Translations under genes and position numbers: made by a program
Shown: in pieces, positions 39,796-52,100 of the stretch
Layout: each line of letters starts with the position of its first letter
Numbering within the stretch: position 1 is the stretch's first letter
The notes under the pieces: model-generated
Database searches by the model: none
The model's input: only the letters and a program-made list of their open reading frames with translations
Told to the model about the DNA's origin: nothing
Source of the DNA: an uncultured Candidatus Binatia bacterium
Lineage (GTDB): Bacteria > Desulfobacterota > Binatia > UBA9968 > JAJDTQ01
Direction: 5' to 3'
Assembly (NCBI GenBank): GCA_965242525.1
Contig: OZ251459.1
Location: forward strand, 3,904,001-3,968,000
DNA length: 64,000 nucleotides

Positions 39796-42700
39796 ATGAC
39801 TCCCTTCATCGACCTCCAAAGACGATTTCGCCAACTGACGGAGAAGGAACTCGAAGACATCGAATCCTTTGCCTATTGGGACGAGTTCCGGATTCACTCG
39901 CGCATGGGCTGGCCGGAGCTGTTGAAGCACCACCGCGTCATCCTTCTGGCAGAAGCCGGGGCCGGAAAGACCGTGGAGATGCGCAAGCAGGCGGAACGCC
40001 TCGTCGAAGCAGGTAAGTTCGCCTTCTTCGTGGCGGTGGAATCCCTCGACCGCGAACCCATCGAAGACGTAATCTCCGCAGACGAGGAAAGGACGTTCAA
40101 GGCATGGAAGACAGACCACGAGGCGCCGGCTTGGTTCTTCCTTGACGCGGTAGATGAGCTGAAGCTCACTCAGGGCAAGCTCGACCGGGCGCTTCGCCGA
40201 CTGGCGAAGGAGATCGACGACCGCCTCCACCGTGCCCACATCATCATTTCATGCCGTCCCAGCGACTGGCGTCCGAACAGCGACTTGGACACGGTACAGG
40301 ACAAGCTGCCGGCGCAGGAGGCCGATCGTCAACCTCCATTCCTGTCATCTGATGAAGTCTTCAGGAGTGCGTTCAGGCATGGTCACGGCGAAGTCAGCAC
40401 CGCAATCCAGCGAAGGAATGTCCTTTTGAGTCGAGAAACCGTGCAAACGGTGGCCATGCTTCCGATGAGCGACGGGCAGATCAAGCTCTTCGCAGAGCAG
40501 TCCGGGGTAGAAGACGCAGCCGCGTTTCTTGCAGAGGTTACTCGGCAAGATGCTTGGACCTTCGCCCGTCGTCCTCTGGACCTGACCAATTTGATCGCCG
40601 CATGGACGAGTTCGGGAGGCTCTGGCTCTCGGCGCCTCGGCTCCCGTGCAGAACAGCACGAAGCGAATGTCACTGCCAAGTTGGAAGACGACCCGGATAG
40701 ACCCGATCGGGGTGCCCTCTCCGGCGCCAAAGCTCGCCTTGGGGCAGAGCACTTGGCACTTGCCCTGGCCCTTACTCGTACACGAACCCTTCGATCACCT
40801 GAACAGACGGTGGACTCTGATCGCTCGGATGGCGTCCTCAAACCCGCAGATCTTCTCCTCGACTGGACCGAGGCAGAACGGCAGGCATTGCTTCGACGCG
40901 CCCTTTTCGGCCCTGCTACCTACGGACGTGTACGCTTTCATCATCGGTCGGTTCAGGAATACCTCGCTGCCCGACACTTGCGGGCGCTACGCGATAGAGG
41001 AATGTCCACGAAGGCGCTGTTTCGCTTGTTGTTTGCGGATGCCTACGGCCTTGAAGTCATGCTTCCCTCCATGCGCGCCATCGCCGCATGGCTCGCGTCA
41101 TGGGATGACGATATCTGCAAGGAGATGGCCAGGCGTGAACCGGAGGCGCTTCTATCGCTAGGCGATCCCGCCACTCTCGACATCGCCGCACGAAAAGATG
41201 TCGTTCGACGGTTCGCGGCCATATACGGCAAGGGAGGTTGGCGCGGCTTGGACGTTCCGATCGCCGAAGTTCGCAGGCTTGCAGATCCGGCTCTTGCATC
41301 GGTGATACGGGAGTGTTGGGGTAGCGAATCGACTAGCTACGATGTCCGCAGGTTGCTGGTCGCGCTGATCTGGCTGGGGCCAGTCAAGGAATGTAGAGAT
41401 CTGGTCCATGACACCGCGCATGACGCCTCCTAGGGTTCCAATCTTCGCGCTATGGCAATCCGTGCCCTGCTTGCTTGCGGATGCAACGCCAGCGTCCGCC
41501 AAATTGCGACCAGCATGTTAGCTCAGCCGGACTCTTGGCCTGATAAAGTCGTGTATGGCGTAGCGGCAGATTTGTTTCCGGAGGTCATCACGGCAGACGA
41601 ACTGGTCACGCTGATGGAGCGAAGGATCGAACCAACCGGCAGTGTCCCCAGTGTCAAGTCCGTATCGCGAAAGATAGCGAGGACCATTGCCCCACGGTCG
41701 AAAGAAGCGGCCGTCCTGCGCAACCAGATGGCGGCTCTCATATGGCGAGGTCGAGAACCTATACAAGAATCCGGCAAGATTCGTAGCACGTTCAGTTATC
41801 TCGCGCCGGCGCTGGCAACGCTGTGCCATCGGCAATTATCCGAGGCTTCGGATGGTCCATATGACGACTTGATCTGGGCCAGTGTGACTGCTTCCCGATT
41901 CAGTGGCAACCATTTCCGTGCATATGAACTGGCGGGTAAGCTCCGGGAGCAGTTTCATGATAAGCCAGAGCTACGAAACTCTGTCTTTTGGGCTGAATTG
42001 GCGTTCATGGATGAGGTCGTTCCGACTGATGATGCCTGGGATCGATTCTACCAGACGCGAAGGAATAGCCTTATAGCCCATCTCGACGAAGCGGATCGAT
42101 CTTGGCTTCTGGCGGCGCTCGCAGACGAAAGCCGGCCAGAACGACGTGCGATTGCGCTTTATGCCTTGATGAGGAACAGAGGTCAGCAAGGGCGAGACGC
42201 TTTGGGGTTGGACGCCATCCGTGACGCCATGAAGGACGACACAGAGTTGAGTCGGATACTGGAAGATCGCACGGTGTCACCCAAGCGAAGCAAAGAAATC
42301 GAGAGGTTAGATCGCAAGCATAGAGATATAGGAATACGTGAGGCACAACGCCTGGAACGAAATATGGAACCTTGGCAGCAATGGCGCGCGGAGTTGCTCG
42401 CTGATCCCGACGATGCTTTCTCAGAGGAGAAGCAGGCAGCGACAGTAGATACACTGTTCTCATGGTTGGAACAGAAGCAGCAACATCGGAATTCCTTCAA
42501 CGCCTGGGACAAGAACCCACTGATACATGCCTTTCGTTTGGACATAGCCGACCGCACTGAACAGGTGATTCGGAAACTCTGGCGTACCAACCAACCGATC
42601 CTCTGGTCTGCACAGCCTGCTGACGAACGAAACAGCATTCCCCGTAAATGGATTCTTGGACTTTCAGGTGTCTCGGCCGAAGCCTCGACTCCGGGGTGGA

Positions 42701-44199
42701 CGGATTCACTTTCGCCCGCCGAAGCCAGGATAGCGGCGGCCTACGCCACCTTGGAGTTGCAAGGCTTTGCCCCGTTCCTCGCCGACCTCGTAGAGTCACA
42801 TCCCCAGGAAGTGGACAAGGTGATAGGTGGTGAAGTAAGCGCCGAACTGAGTGTCGGCGGCGATTCTGACGATCTACCAACCTTTCAACGCCTGACTACT
42901 GCGGAGGGGAAACTCAAGCAGCTTCTCACCCCTCGCCTGCTTGCCGAACTGAAGTCTTGGCCTGACACCTTCACGGACGAGACCGGGCCGCATTGGGCAC
43001 AGCATCTAGACCAGGTATTGCAGATCTTGGACGAGACGACCTGTGGGGCGGACCGGGAGGAAATCGCCCAGATCTGCTCCACTCGCTACGAAGCTGAGCC
43101 ACTCGGCGTGGTAGCGATTGCTTGGCTCAAGGGCTTGTTCCGGTTCGACGCGGTGCGCGGAACGCAGACGCTGGTTGGGAAGTTCATGGACAGCAACGAC
43201 CCGGACATGCGCGAACGGGCGACTCAGACCTTCGCCGCTCTCTTTGGCGACCGATTTGGGAACAGGAATCCTGTCATCTTGAAGATTGACGATCTGGATC
43301 ACCGTGCTCAACTTCTCGGACAACTCGTCCGGATCGCTTATACCTTCGTTCGGCCGAAGGAGGATCAGGTTCACGAAGGGGCTTATTCCCTGAACACACG
43401 CGACCATGCCGAACGCGCTCGTGGAAGTTTGGTTTCTATACTGCTTGACACCCCCGGACCGGAAGCCCACCGCGTGGTCATGGCCTTGGCAGAGGATGAC
43501 GACTTTGCGGACTTGGCCGACCGGATGCGGCTTCGCGCCCGGCAACGAGCGGCGGCCGACGCCGAGTTTGCCGCCCTTAACCCCACGCAGGTTTGCGACC
43601 TCGAAAACGGCTTGGAAGCGCCGCCCACTGACAGAGACAGCCTATTTGCGGTTATGGTGGACCGATTGGAGGATCTCGACCATGACCTGAGAGATTCCGA
43701 TTTCACGGACCAGCGGATACTTCGGAGCATTGCGGAAGAATCGGATATGCAGCGTACCCTTGCCAGGCGACTTAAAGAGGGAGCGAAAGGCGCCTACAGT
43801 GTGACACGCGAAGAAGAGGTCGCCGATGGCAAACATACAGACATCCGGCTTGCCGCTGTCGATGGCGATCAGAAGGCGGTCATAGAAGTGAAGATTGCGG
43901 ATCGTTGGACGTTGAAAAAGCTCCGGCAAGCGCTCCGCAACCAACTCTTGAGCCAGTACTTGCGTCACTCGGACTGCAAGGCCGGTTGTCTTCTGCTGAC
44001 CTACCATGGGAGAAAGCAGCATTGGGTTCACCAAGTTCATCCTGAAAACAAAGAGATACTGACGTTTTCGCAGGTGGTCGAATTGCTGAAGGACGAGGCA
44101 CGAAGTATCGAGAAGGAAGGAGCGTATGACGTTCGCCTTGCAGTAATCGGCTTCGACCTCACCGATTCCTCGCCCGCGCCGGTCCATGGGGGGAACTGA
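39796..44199 (+). pseudogene. NACHT/STAND NTPase with C-terminal PD-(D/E)xK-like domain, interrupted by one in-frame TAG (41431-41433)
   Basis: ORFs 39790-41433 and 41452-44199 are in the same frame. Motifs: AEAGAGKT, FFLDAVDE, ISCRP, RRPLDL, FHHRSVQEYLAA; C-terminal EEEVADGKHTDIRL..IEVK. Confidence 0.75.
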
Positions 44200-44301
44200 G
44201 GCGGCCCGTTTTCGACGATGACCGGATCGGTCGCCGAGGACCGCTCGGAGCGAGGACGAACAACGATGCCGTAACCAAGCGTGACAGGAGCAACGCAACC
44301 G

Positions 44302-47007
44302 ATGCCAGCCAGGAAGAAGAAGACGAACCGGGCCGAACGTGGACGGAGCGCCGGCAGTTACGCGCACCCCGAGGCGGGCGCGCTGCTGCGGCCCGACATC
44401 GGCACGCAATCACAGTTTCGGAAGAAGAAGCCGCCGGTCACTTGGCGTTACGATCCTTCGCTCTCCCCGGCCCTCGACTGGGCCGGAAAGGCCGAACGCA
44501 TCTCCTTCGACGCGCCGACCCTGCCCCTGTTCGTGCACGAGCGGCTGTCCACGTCCGCCATCCTGGAAACCCTGAAGGGGCACACCCGCGACCGCCAGGT
44601 GGACATGTTCGACCTCTTCGGGGAGAGCGACCTCCCCATCCGTGACCGGCTGCTCAAGGCATACGAGCATCGCAACGGGTGGGTGAACCGGCTGGTCCTC
44701 GGCGATTCCCTGGTGGTGATGAACTCCCTCATCGGCTACGAGGGCCTCGGCGGCCAAGTGCGGACCATCTACATGGACCCGCCCTACGCGGTGAAGTTCG
44801 GCTCGAACTTCCAGCCCTTCGTGCGCAAGCGCGACGTGACCCACGGCGACGACGAACACATGGTGCGCGAACCGGAGATGGTGCAGGCGTACCGGGACAC
44901 CTGGGAGTTGGGGATCCATTCCTTCCTGACCTACTTGCGGGACCGGCTGCTGCTCGCGCGGGAGCTGCTCCACCCTTCGGGGAGCATCTTCGTGCAGATG
45001 TCCGACACCAATTTGCACCACGTGCGCGAGGTGATGGACGAGGTGTTCGGGCCGGAGTGCTTCGTCTCGCAGATCAGCTTCCAGACCACTTCGGGCTTCG
45101 AGACCAGGACACTCGCTACTTTAGGCGACTTCCTGCTGTGGTACGCACGCGACCCGGATCGGCTGAAGGTGAGGAAGCTGTTCGAGGAACAGCCCGCGGC
45201 GCCCGGCGAGGGCAACGCGAGATGGGTCCTGCTCCCGGACGGCAGCTACCGGGGGGTGAGCGCCGCGGAGAAACGCGGGGAAGCGCCGCTCCCCGAGGAC
45301 GCCCGGCTCTACAAGCCCGACAACTTGCAGGGCCAAGGCGCGTCCCGCGAGCCCCAGCCCTTCGAGTTCGAGGGCAAGGTTTACGAGCCGGGCGCGAATT
45401 CGCACTGGAAGGCCAACTACCCGGCGGGGCTCGAACGCCTCGCTGCCGCGGGCCGGATCCACGCCGCGGCCAACAGCATCCAGTACCGGCGTTTTGCCTC
45501 AGACTTCCCCTACAAGGAGCGGGGCAACCTCTGGACCGACACCCTGACCGGCAGCTTCACGGAAGAGAAGCTGTACGTTGTCCAGACCAACCCCAAGGTG
45601 GTCGAACGCTGCCTGCTGATGACATCCGACCCCGGGGACCTCGTGTTCGATCCCACCTGCGGCTCCGGGACCACGGCTTGGTGCGCGGAGAAATGGGGGC
45701 GGCGGTGGATCACCTGCGATACGTCCCGGGTGCCCATCGCGCTGGCGCGGCAGCGGCTGCTGACGAGCACCTTTCATTTCTACCGGCTCAAGGAACCGGA
45801 GCGCGGTCCGGCCGGCGGCTTCGAGTACCAGCGCCGGCAAAATCGAAGGGGCGAGGAGGTCGGCGGCATCGTGCCCCACGTCAAGCTGGAATACATCGCC
45901 AATGACGAACCGGCCAAGGAAGAGGTGCTGGTGGACCGGCCGGAGACGGACGGGAGCGTCACGCGGGTGAGCGGCCCCTTCTGCGTGGAGGCGACCATTC
46001 CGGCCCCGGTGGAGTGGGAGGGAGATGGTGGGGATGGTTCCGGTGATATTGCCAGCGTCATCACTGGTGACGCGGACGCTACCGGCGCCATCGGTGACGC
46101 CGGCGCCGTCGGCTACACGAGCGACGGCTCCACCGCGGTCGCCCACGCCCGCCACGTCGATCGCATGATCGAGTTGCTGCGGCGCTCGCCAGTGCTGCGT
46201 CTCGGCGGCGGCCGTTCGGTCAGCCTGGCCAAGGTGCGCCGTCCCGCCCGGACCCTGAGCCTGTCCGCGGAAGCGGTGGTCGAGGGCGAAGGAGGGCAGA
46301 GCGCCGGAGAGACGACCGGCCAAGCCGTCGGGCAGAGCGCCGCCATCGTCTTCGGCCCCGAGAACGGCGCGGTCTCGGAGGCCCTGGTGTTCGAGGCGGC
46401 GCGGGAGGCCTACGCCAAGGGTTACGGCCATCTCTACGTCGTGGGCTTCGCCATCCAGCCCAACGCCAGACGCCTGATCGAAGACTGCGAACAGGCGGTG
46501 GGGACGCCCGCGACCTACGTGCAGGCGAGCATGGACCTGGTGATGGGAGACCTGCTCAAGAACCTGCGGTCGAGCCAGATCTTCTCGGTGTGCGGGCTGC
46601 CTGACGTGCGCATCCGGCGGGCGGAGGCGGGGGATTCGGCGGCATCGTCGGCGCAGAGCTACCAAGTCGAGCTGCTCGGCCTCGACGTGTTCGACCCCGT
46701 GGCCATGGACTCCGACCACCGGGAGGGAAACGACGTCCCGGCCTGGTTCCTCGATACCGACTACAACGGGCTCTGCTTCCACGTCTGCCAAGCGTTCTTC
46801 CCGCGAACTTCGGCCTGGGAGGGCCTCAAGCGCTCCCTCCGGGGCGAGTTCGAGGACAGCGTGTGGGCGCACCTTTCGGGAACCCTCAGCGCGCCCTTCC
46901 AGGCGGGAGAGCGCGGGCAGGTCGCGGTGAAGGTCGTCGATGACCGGGGAAACGAGCTGCTGGTAGTCAAGCCCCTCTCGGAGGCGGAAGCAGGGACGGA
47001 GGAGTGA
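44302..47007 (+). CDS. mod: Type III-like restriction-modification Mod (adenine methyltransferase)
   Basis: NRLVLGDSL, YMDPPY, VFDPTCGSGTT; long C-terminal extension ending in VKVVDDRGNE. Confidence 0.9.
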   Translation: MPARKKKTNRAERGRSAGSYAHPEAGALLRPDIGTQSQFRKKKPPVTWRYDPSLSPALDWAGKAERISFDAPTLPLFVHERLSTSAILETLKGHTRDRQVDMFDLFGESDLPIRDRLLKAYEHRNGWVNRLVLGDSLVVMNSLIGYEGLGGQVRTIYMDPPYAVKFGSNFQPFVRKRDVTHGDDEHMVREPEMVQAYRDTWELGIHSFLTYLRDRLLLARELLHPSGSIFVQMSDTNLHHVREVMDEVFGPECFVSQISFQTTSGFETRTLATLGDFLLWYARDPDRLKVRKLFEEQPAAPGEGNARWVLLPDGSYRGVSAAEKRGEAPLPEDARLYKPDNLQGQGASREPQPFEFEGKVYEPGANSHWKANYPAGLERLAAAGRIHAAANSIQYRRFASDFPYKERGNLWTDTLTGSFTEEKLYVVQTNPKVVERCLLMTSDPGDLVFDPTCGSGTTAWCAEKWGRRWITCDTSRVPIALARQRLLTSTFHFYRLKEPERGPAGGFEYQRRQNRRGEEVGGIVPHVKLEYIANDEPAKEEVLVDRPETDGSVTRVSGPFCVEATIPAPVEWEGDGGDGSGDIASVITGDADATGAIGDAGAVGYTSDGSTAVAHARHVDRMIELLRRSPVLRLGGGRSVSLAKVRRPARTLSLSAEAVVEGEGGQSAGETTGQAVGQSAAIVFGPENGAVSEALVFEAAREAYAKGYGHLYVVGFAIQPNARRLIEDCEQAVGTPATYVQASMDLVMGDLLKNLRSSQIFSVCGLPDVRIRRAEAGDSAASSAQSYQVELLGLDVFDPVAMDSDHREGNDVPAWFLDTDYNGLCFHVCQAFFPRTSAWEGLKRSLRGEFEDSVWAHLSGTLSAPFQAGERGQVAVKVVDDRGNELLVVKPLSEAEAGTEE

Positions 47008-47114
47008 GTTTGGTCCGAACCTTGCCTGAATCGTAACAGGGCTGGTAGGTTCTACACGGGAACCGCCTGCATTTGGAATCGTGTGCACGTAATTGCGTTA
47101 TTGGAGGCCGGGCC

Positions 47115-47339
47115 ATGAAGAACATCACCCTGAGCGCGGACGAACACCTGATCGAAGCTGCCCGCCAACGAGCCTCGTCCGAACATACGACCCTGAACGC
47201 GCAGTTTCGGCTGTGGCTGGAAGACTATGTCGGCCGGCGAAGGCATGCGGATGCTGCAATGGCGACCATCGACTCGCTTCATGCAAGCCTGTCCACCAGG
47301 GGCCGCAGATTCACGCGAGATGAAATGAATGAGCGCTGA
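47115..47339 (+). CDS. Small RHH-like antitoxin
   Basis: GGAGG RBS; MKNITLSADEHLIEAARQRA..TTLN..RFTRDEMNER; overlaps the start of a PIN gene. Confidence 0.75.
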   Translation: MKNITLSADEHLIEAARQRASSEHTTLNAQFRLWLEDYVGRRRHADAAMATIDSLHASLSTRGRRFTRDEMNER

Positions 47340-47450
47340 CGCCTTTATCGACACCAAGGTTTTCGTTCCCTGTACAGCGAAGACCTGCAGCACGGTCAGC
47401 AGATTGCCGGACTGACCATCGTGAACCCCTTCAGGGTATCGGATTCGTGA
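47329..47450 (+). pseudogene. Internally deleted PIN toxin
   Basis: N-terminus MSADAFIDTKVFV is joined out of frame to the C-terminus LYSEDLQHGQQIAGLTIVNPF. Confidence 0.8.
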
Positions 47451-47487
47451 AGCAGTCCTACCGCTTGCCGGAAGCCGAAGGGAAATC

Positions 47488-49158
47488 ATGATCCGCACGG
47501 TCCGCATTCGCGGCTTCAAGCGCTTCGACGAGGTGGAGTTCCGCCTGCCGGGGCATGTGGTGTTGGCCGGCCCCAACAACACCGGCAAGACGACGATGCT
47601 CCAGGCCGTCGCTTCGTGGTCGCTGGCTCTACGGCGGTGGCGGGAGCTCAACGACTTCAATCCGCGCCAGGGATACACCCGGGCGCCCATCGCCCGGCAC
47701 GCGTTTTCCGCGGTCCCGCTACGGAGCTTCGACCTCCTTTGGACCGATCGAAAGTACTGGGGGCAGATCGAGATCGAGATCCGGCACGACGCGGGCTGGT
47801 CGGTGACGATGGAGTTCATCTCGGACAGCACCGAGCAGATCTACGTCCGGCCCAGGGCGGACGTACCGGCGGATACATTGCGGGAACTCGATCTTCAGGC
47901 GGTGTTCGTTCCTTCCATGACCGGCCTCGGGATCGACGAGCCCCTGTTTCAACCGCCGAAGGTCGAGCAGCTTCTCGGCTTCGGCCGACCAGGCGAGGTC
48001 ATACGCAACCTGCTTGCGGAGGCCAACCAGGACGAACGCGCGTGGGATGCCCTCACGACGTCCATCGACAAGCTGTTCGGCTACGATCTCCTGCATCCTG
48101 ACGCAAGCAGCGCCCATATCCTCGCAGACTACACCATGACCCCAGGCGGGCCGCGGCTGGACATAGCGAGTGCCGGCAGCGGATTCCAGCAGGTGCTGAT
48201 GCTGCTTACGTTCCTCCACACGCGGCAAGGCGCGGTGCTGCTCCTGGACGAGCCGGATGCGCATCTGCACGTCATCCTCCAGGACGCCATCTATCACGAG
48301 TTGCGGAGCGTAGCCGCCCGGCAGCGATCACAACTCATCGTCGCAACACACTCGGAGGTGGTCATCAACGCCGTCGAGCCCCGCGAGCTGTGCGTTACGC
48401 TCAACGAACCCCGGATGGTCGCCGACAACGAGGAGCGCAGCCGGCTCATTACCTCGTTGCGCGTATTGACCAACGCGGACGTCATGCAGGCGATGGAAGC
48501 GCGCGGCGTCCTCTACGTCGAGGACTACACGGACATCAACATCCTGCGCGCCTGGGCAACGACCCTCGGGCACCGGGCCGCGGGCCTGCTCAACACGGAA
48601 CTGATGTGGAAGCCGTTGGTCTTCCAGGCGCAGGAGGACCGTCGAGGGACCAAGGCGGGCGGGCGAGGGATCGTCGCACGCGATCACTTCGAGGCGTTGC
48701 AACTCGTGCGCGAGGGGCTTCCCGGCTTGGAGCTTCACGACGGGGACGCGCGGCCGCCCGTCCCGGACACGGAGATCACGGGCGCGGGGTTGCAGCGGCT
48801 GCGCTGGCGGCGCTACGAGATCGAAAGCTACCTCCTTCATCCGGATGCGCTCGCCCGTTTCGTCGAGGCGGTGGTGGGAGCCGATTCCGCCGAAGCGCAC
48901 GTCGAGGACATGCTTCGCTATTGGCGCGACGAGTTCCCTCCAGCGGTGGTGAGGGACCCGTTCGGCGAACACATCATCCTGAACAGAACCAAGGCGCGTC
49001 GGGAAATCCTCCCTCCGCTGCTGGACGCAGCCGGACTCTACGGCCTGCCTTACACCCGCTACCACGAGATCGCCGCGCTGATGCGCCCCGAGGAGATCCA
49101 CCCCGAGGTCGTGGAAAAACTCGACGCCATCTGCCGCGCCTTCGGAGTCGAGCCGTGA
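47488..49158 (+). CDS. ABC-type ATPase fused to a TOPRIM-like domain (OLD/PARIS-like)
   Basis: GPNNTGKT, AGSGFQQ signature, LLLDEPDAHLH, VATHS; then YVEDYTD, HDGD, RYEIESYL. Confidence 0.82.
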   Translation: MIRTVRIRGFKRFDEVEFRLPGHVVLAGPNNTGKTTMLQAVASWSLALRRWRELNDFNPRQGYTRAPIARHAFSAVPLRSFDLLWTDRKYWGQIEIEIRHDAGWSVTMEFISDSTEQIYVRPRADVPADTLRELDLQAVFVPSMTGLGIDEPLFQPPKVEQLLGFGRPGEVIRNLLAEANQDERAWDALTTSIDKLFGYDLLHPDASSAHILADYTMTPGGPRLDIASAGSGFQQVLMLLTFLHTRQGAVLLLDEPDAHLHVILQDAIYHELRSVAARQRSQLIVATHSEVVINAVEPRELCVTLNEPRMVADNEERSRLITSLRVLTNADVMQAMEARGVLYVEDYTDINILRAWATTLGHRAAGLLNTELMWKPLVFQAQEDRRGTKAGGRGIVARDHFEALQLVREGLPGLELHDGDARPPVPDTEITGAGLQRLRWRRYEIESYLLHPDALARFVEAVVGADSAEAHVEDMLRYWRDEFPPAVVRDPFGEHIILNRTKARREILPPLLDAAGLYGLPYTRYHEIAALMRPEEIHPEVVEKLDAICRAFGVEP

Positions 49159-52100
49159 ACGCGCACGAAGTTCCCGAACCCATCCTCAATTCGCCGTTCG
49201 AGGAGCCGAAGGAGCACTGGTGGATCACGGAGCACGATCCGCCGGAGCGGCGGGCGGGCCGGCGCCCGGCCATGTACTTCTATCGGCCCCCGGGACGCGA
49301 AGCTTCACGGGAAGGCCAGGACGCGGGGACGGCCATCGAGTTGAAGCTGGTCAACCGCATCCGCGCCAAGCTTGCCGAGTGGCGGCCCCTGGCCTTGCGC
49401 GGCGAGGGCGGGGTGACCCGCACCACCACGGATCTGCTGCGCTACTGGCGGCGGGAAGGGCGAAGGCATCCGCTGTTCTTCGCCCAGGTCGAGGCGGCCG
49501 AGACCGTCATCTTCCTCACCGAGGCCCGCGAGGACTTCCTGCAAGGCGTGGACGTCCCGCTGGACGAGCCGGGCGAGGAGGCCAGGGCTGACGGCGTCCG
49601 GGCGTTCCGACGCCACGCGTGCAAGATGGCCACGGGCACGGGGAAGACGACGGTGATGGGGATGCTTGCCGCCTGGAGCATCCTCAACAAGGTGGCGGCC
49701 CGGGGCGACGCGCGCTTCTCGGACGTGGTGCTGGTGGTCTGCCCCAACGTGACCATCCGCAGCCGGCTCGAAGAGCTCAAGCCGCAAGGAGGCGAGGCCA
49801 GCCTGTACCGCACCCGCGACCTCGTGCCGTCGCACCTGATGCCGCAGTTGGCGCGCGGCCACGTGCTGGTCACCAACTGGCACGTGTTCGAACCCAGGAC
49901 CGTGCAGGCCGCGGGCGAGACCGCCAGGGTCCTTCGCACCGGGCGCCAGGTCCGAACCCGGGAGACCATCCGCATCGGCGCCCGGACGACGACGGCGCGC
50001 GGGACCCGCTACCTGACCCTGAAGGACCTCGAACGGCAGGCGGCCACCGGCCTAGTTCGCGTCCTCGACGAACAGCGGGACGGCCAGGGGAACCTCAAGT
50101 CGGTCTCCGTGGAGTCCGTCCGTTACGTCGAGAGCGACAGCAAGCTCATCGAGCGCGTGCTCGGGCGCGAGGTGGGAGGCAAGCGTAACATCCTGGTGAT
50201 GAACGACGAGGCCCACCACGCCTATCGCATCCGGCGCGCGGAGCCGGACGAGGACGAGGCGGACCTGTTCGGCGAAACGGACGACGGCGAGGCGTTCTAC
50301 CGGGAGGCGACCGTGTGGGTGGACGGCCTCGACCGCATCCACAAGCATCGCGGCATCAACCTCTGCATCGACCTCTCCGCCACGCCCTACTACCTGGGGC
50401 GGGTCGGGCAGAACGCCAACCGGCCCTTTCCGTGGGTGGTGAGCGACTTCGGACTCATCGACGCCATCGAGTCCGGCCTGGTCAAGATCCCGCAGCTTGC
50501 GGTGCGGGACACGAGCGGCGCCCCCATCCCCGGCTACTTCAACATCTGGCGCTGGATCCTCCCGAAGCTGACCCCGGCGGAACGCGGCGGCCGGCGGGGA
50601 AGCGTGAAGCCGGAGGCGGTGCTCAAGTATGCGCACGTGCCCATGGCCATGCTCGGCGGGCTGTGGGAGGCCCTGCGCCAGGAGTGGAGCGAGGAAGGCC
50701 GTCCGCCGGTGTTCATCATCGTGTGCAAGGACACCGCCCTCGCCAGGGTCGTGTATCGGTGGCTCGCCGAAGACAAGGCGCCGGTGGGGATTCCGCCCGC
50801 GCGCCTCGACGGGTTGCGCAACGCGGATGGGGCCGTCCGCACCATCCGGGTGGACACCAAGGTCGTGCGCGAATCCGACAGCGGGGAGGCGAAGTTCGAC
50901 GAAGACAGGTGGATGCGCGTGACCCTGGATACGGTGGGCAAGACCGACTGGCCGCGGGACGGGCAGGGACGGTCCATCTACCCGGAAGGTTTCGAGGCGC
51001 TTGCCGGGAAGCTCCAACGGCCGCTGCATCCGCCGGGCCGGGACGTGCGGTGCATCGTCAGCGTGGGGATGCTGACCGAGGGCTGGGACTGCAACACCGT
51101 TACCCATATCGTGGGGCTTCGCCCGTTCATGTCGCAGTTGCTCTGCGAGCAGGTGGTCGGCCGCGGGCTGCGGCGGTCCAGCTACACGGTGGAGGAAGAC
51201 GGGAAGCTCGGCGAGGAGGTCGCGAAGATCTTCGGGGTTCCGTTCGAGATCGTCCCGCTGAAGGGGAACCCTTCCGGCAACGAGCCGAAGCCGCCTCCGA
51301 AGACCTGGCGGGTGCGGGCGGTCCCCGGGAAGGCCCGCCTGGAGATCCGGTTTCCCCGCGTCGAGGGTTACGCCCGGGAGATCCGCCACCGCGTGAAGGT
51401 CGATTGGGAGAGCATCGCTCCCCTCCGTCTCGACCCGATGCACATCCCGCCGGAAGTGGAGATGAAGGCAGGGCTTCCGGGCAATACCGGCCGCCCTTCG
51501 CTCGTGGGTCCGGGACGGCTGGAGCGCGTGGACCTGAACCCGTACCGCGAAGAACGGCGCTTCCAGCGGCTGGTGTTCGAGATGGCGCGGGACCTGACAC
51601 GGGACTACCGGCAGCAACCCGGCTGCGACGCCCCTGCCCACGTCCTGTTCGTCCAGCTTGCCGCCATCGTCCATCGGTACCTCAGGGAGAAGGTCCAACC
51701 CGTCGAGCCGGCGCAGAACGTCGATGCGTTCCTCTCTCCCTGGTACGGCTGGATGGTGGAACGGCTCATCGCCGCCGTCGAGCCGGACCACGAGACCGGC
51801 GAGGACGCCGAACTGCCGCGCTACGAGAGCGGCCGCGGCCCCGGCTCCACCGCAGAGGTCGATTTCGAGACCCGGCGGGAGCCCTACCCGGTGGTCAAGA
51901 GCCACGTCAACGCAGTCGTGCCCGACACCGCCAAGTGGGAACAGTCCGCGGCCTACCGGCTGGACACCCACGAGCGCGTGCATTCCTTCGTCAAGAACGC
52001 CTCCCTCGGTTTCGCCATCCCCTACCTGCACAACGGCCAGCACCACGAGTACCTGCCCGACTTCATCGTCCGCCTGACCGGGGACGCCGAACGCTACCTG

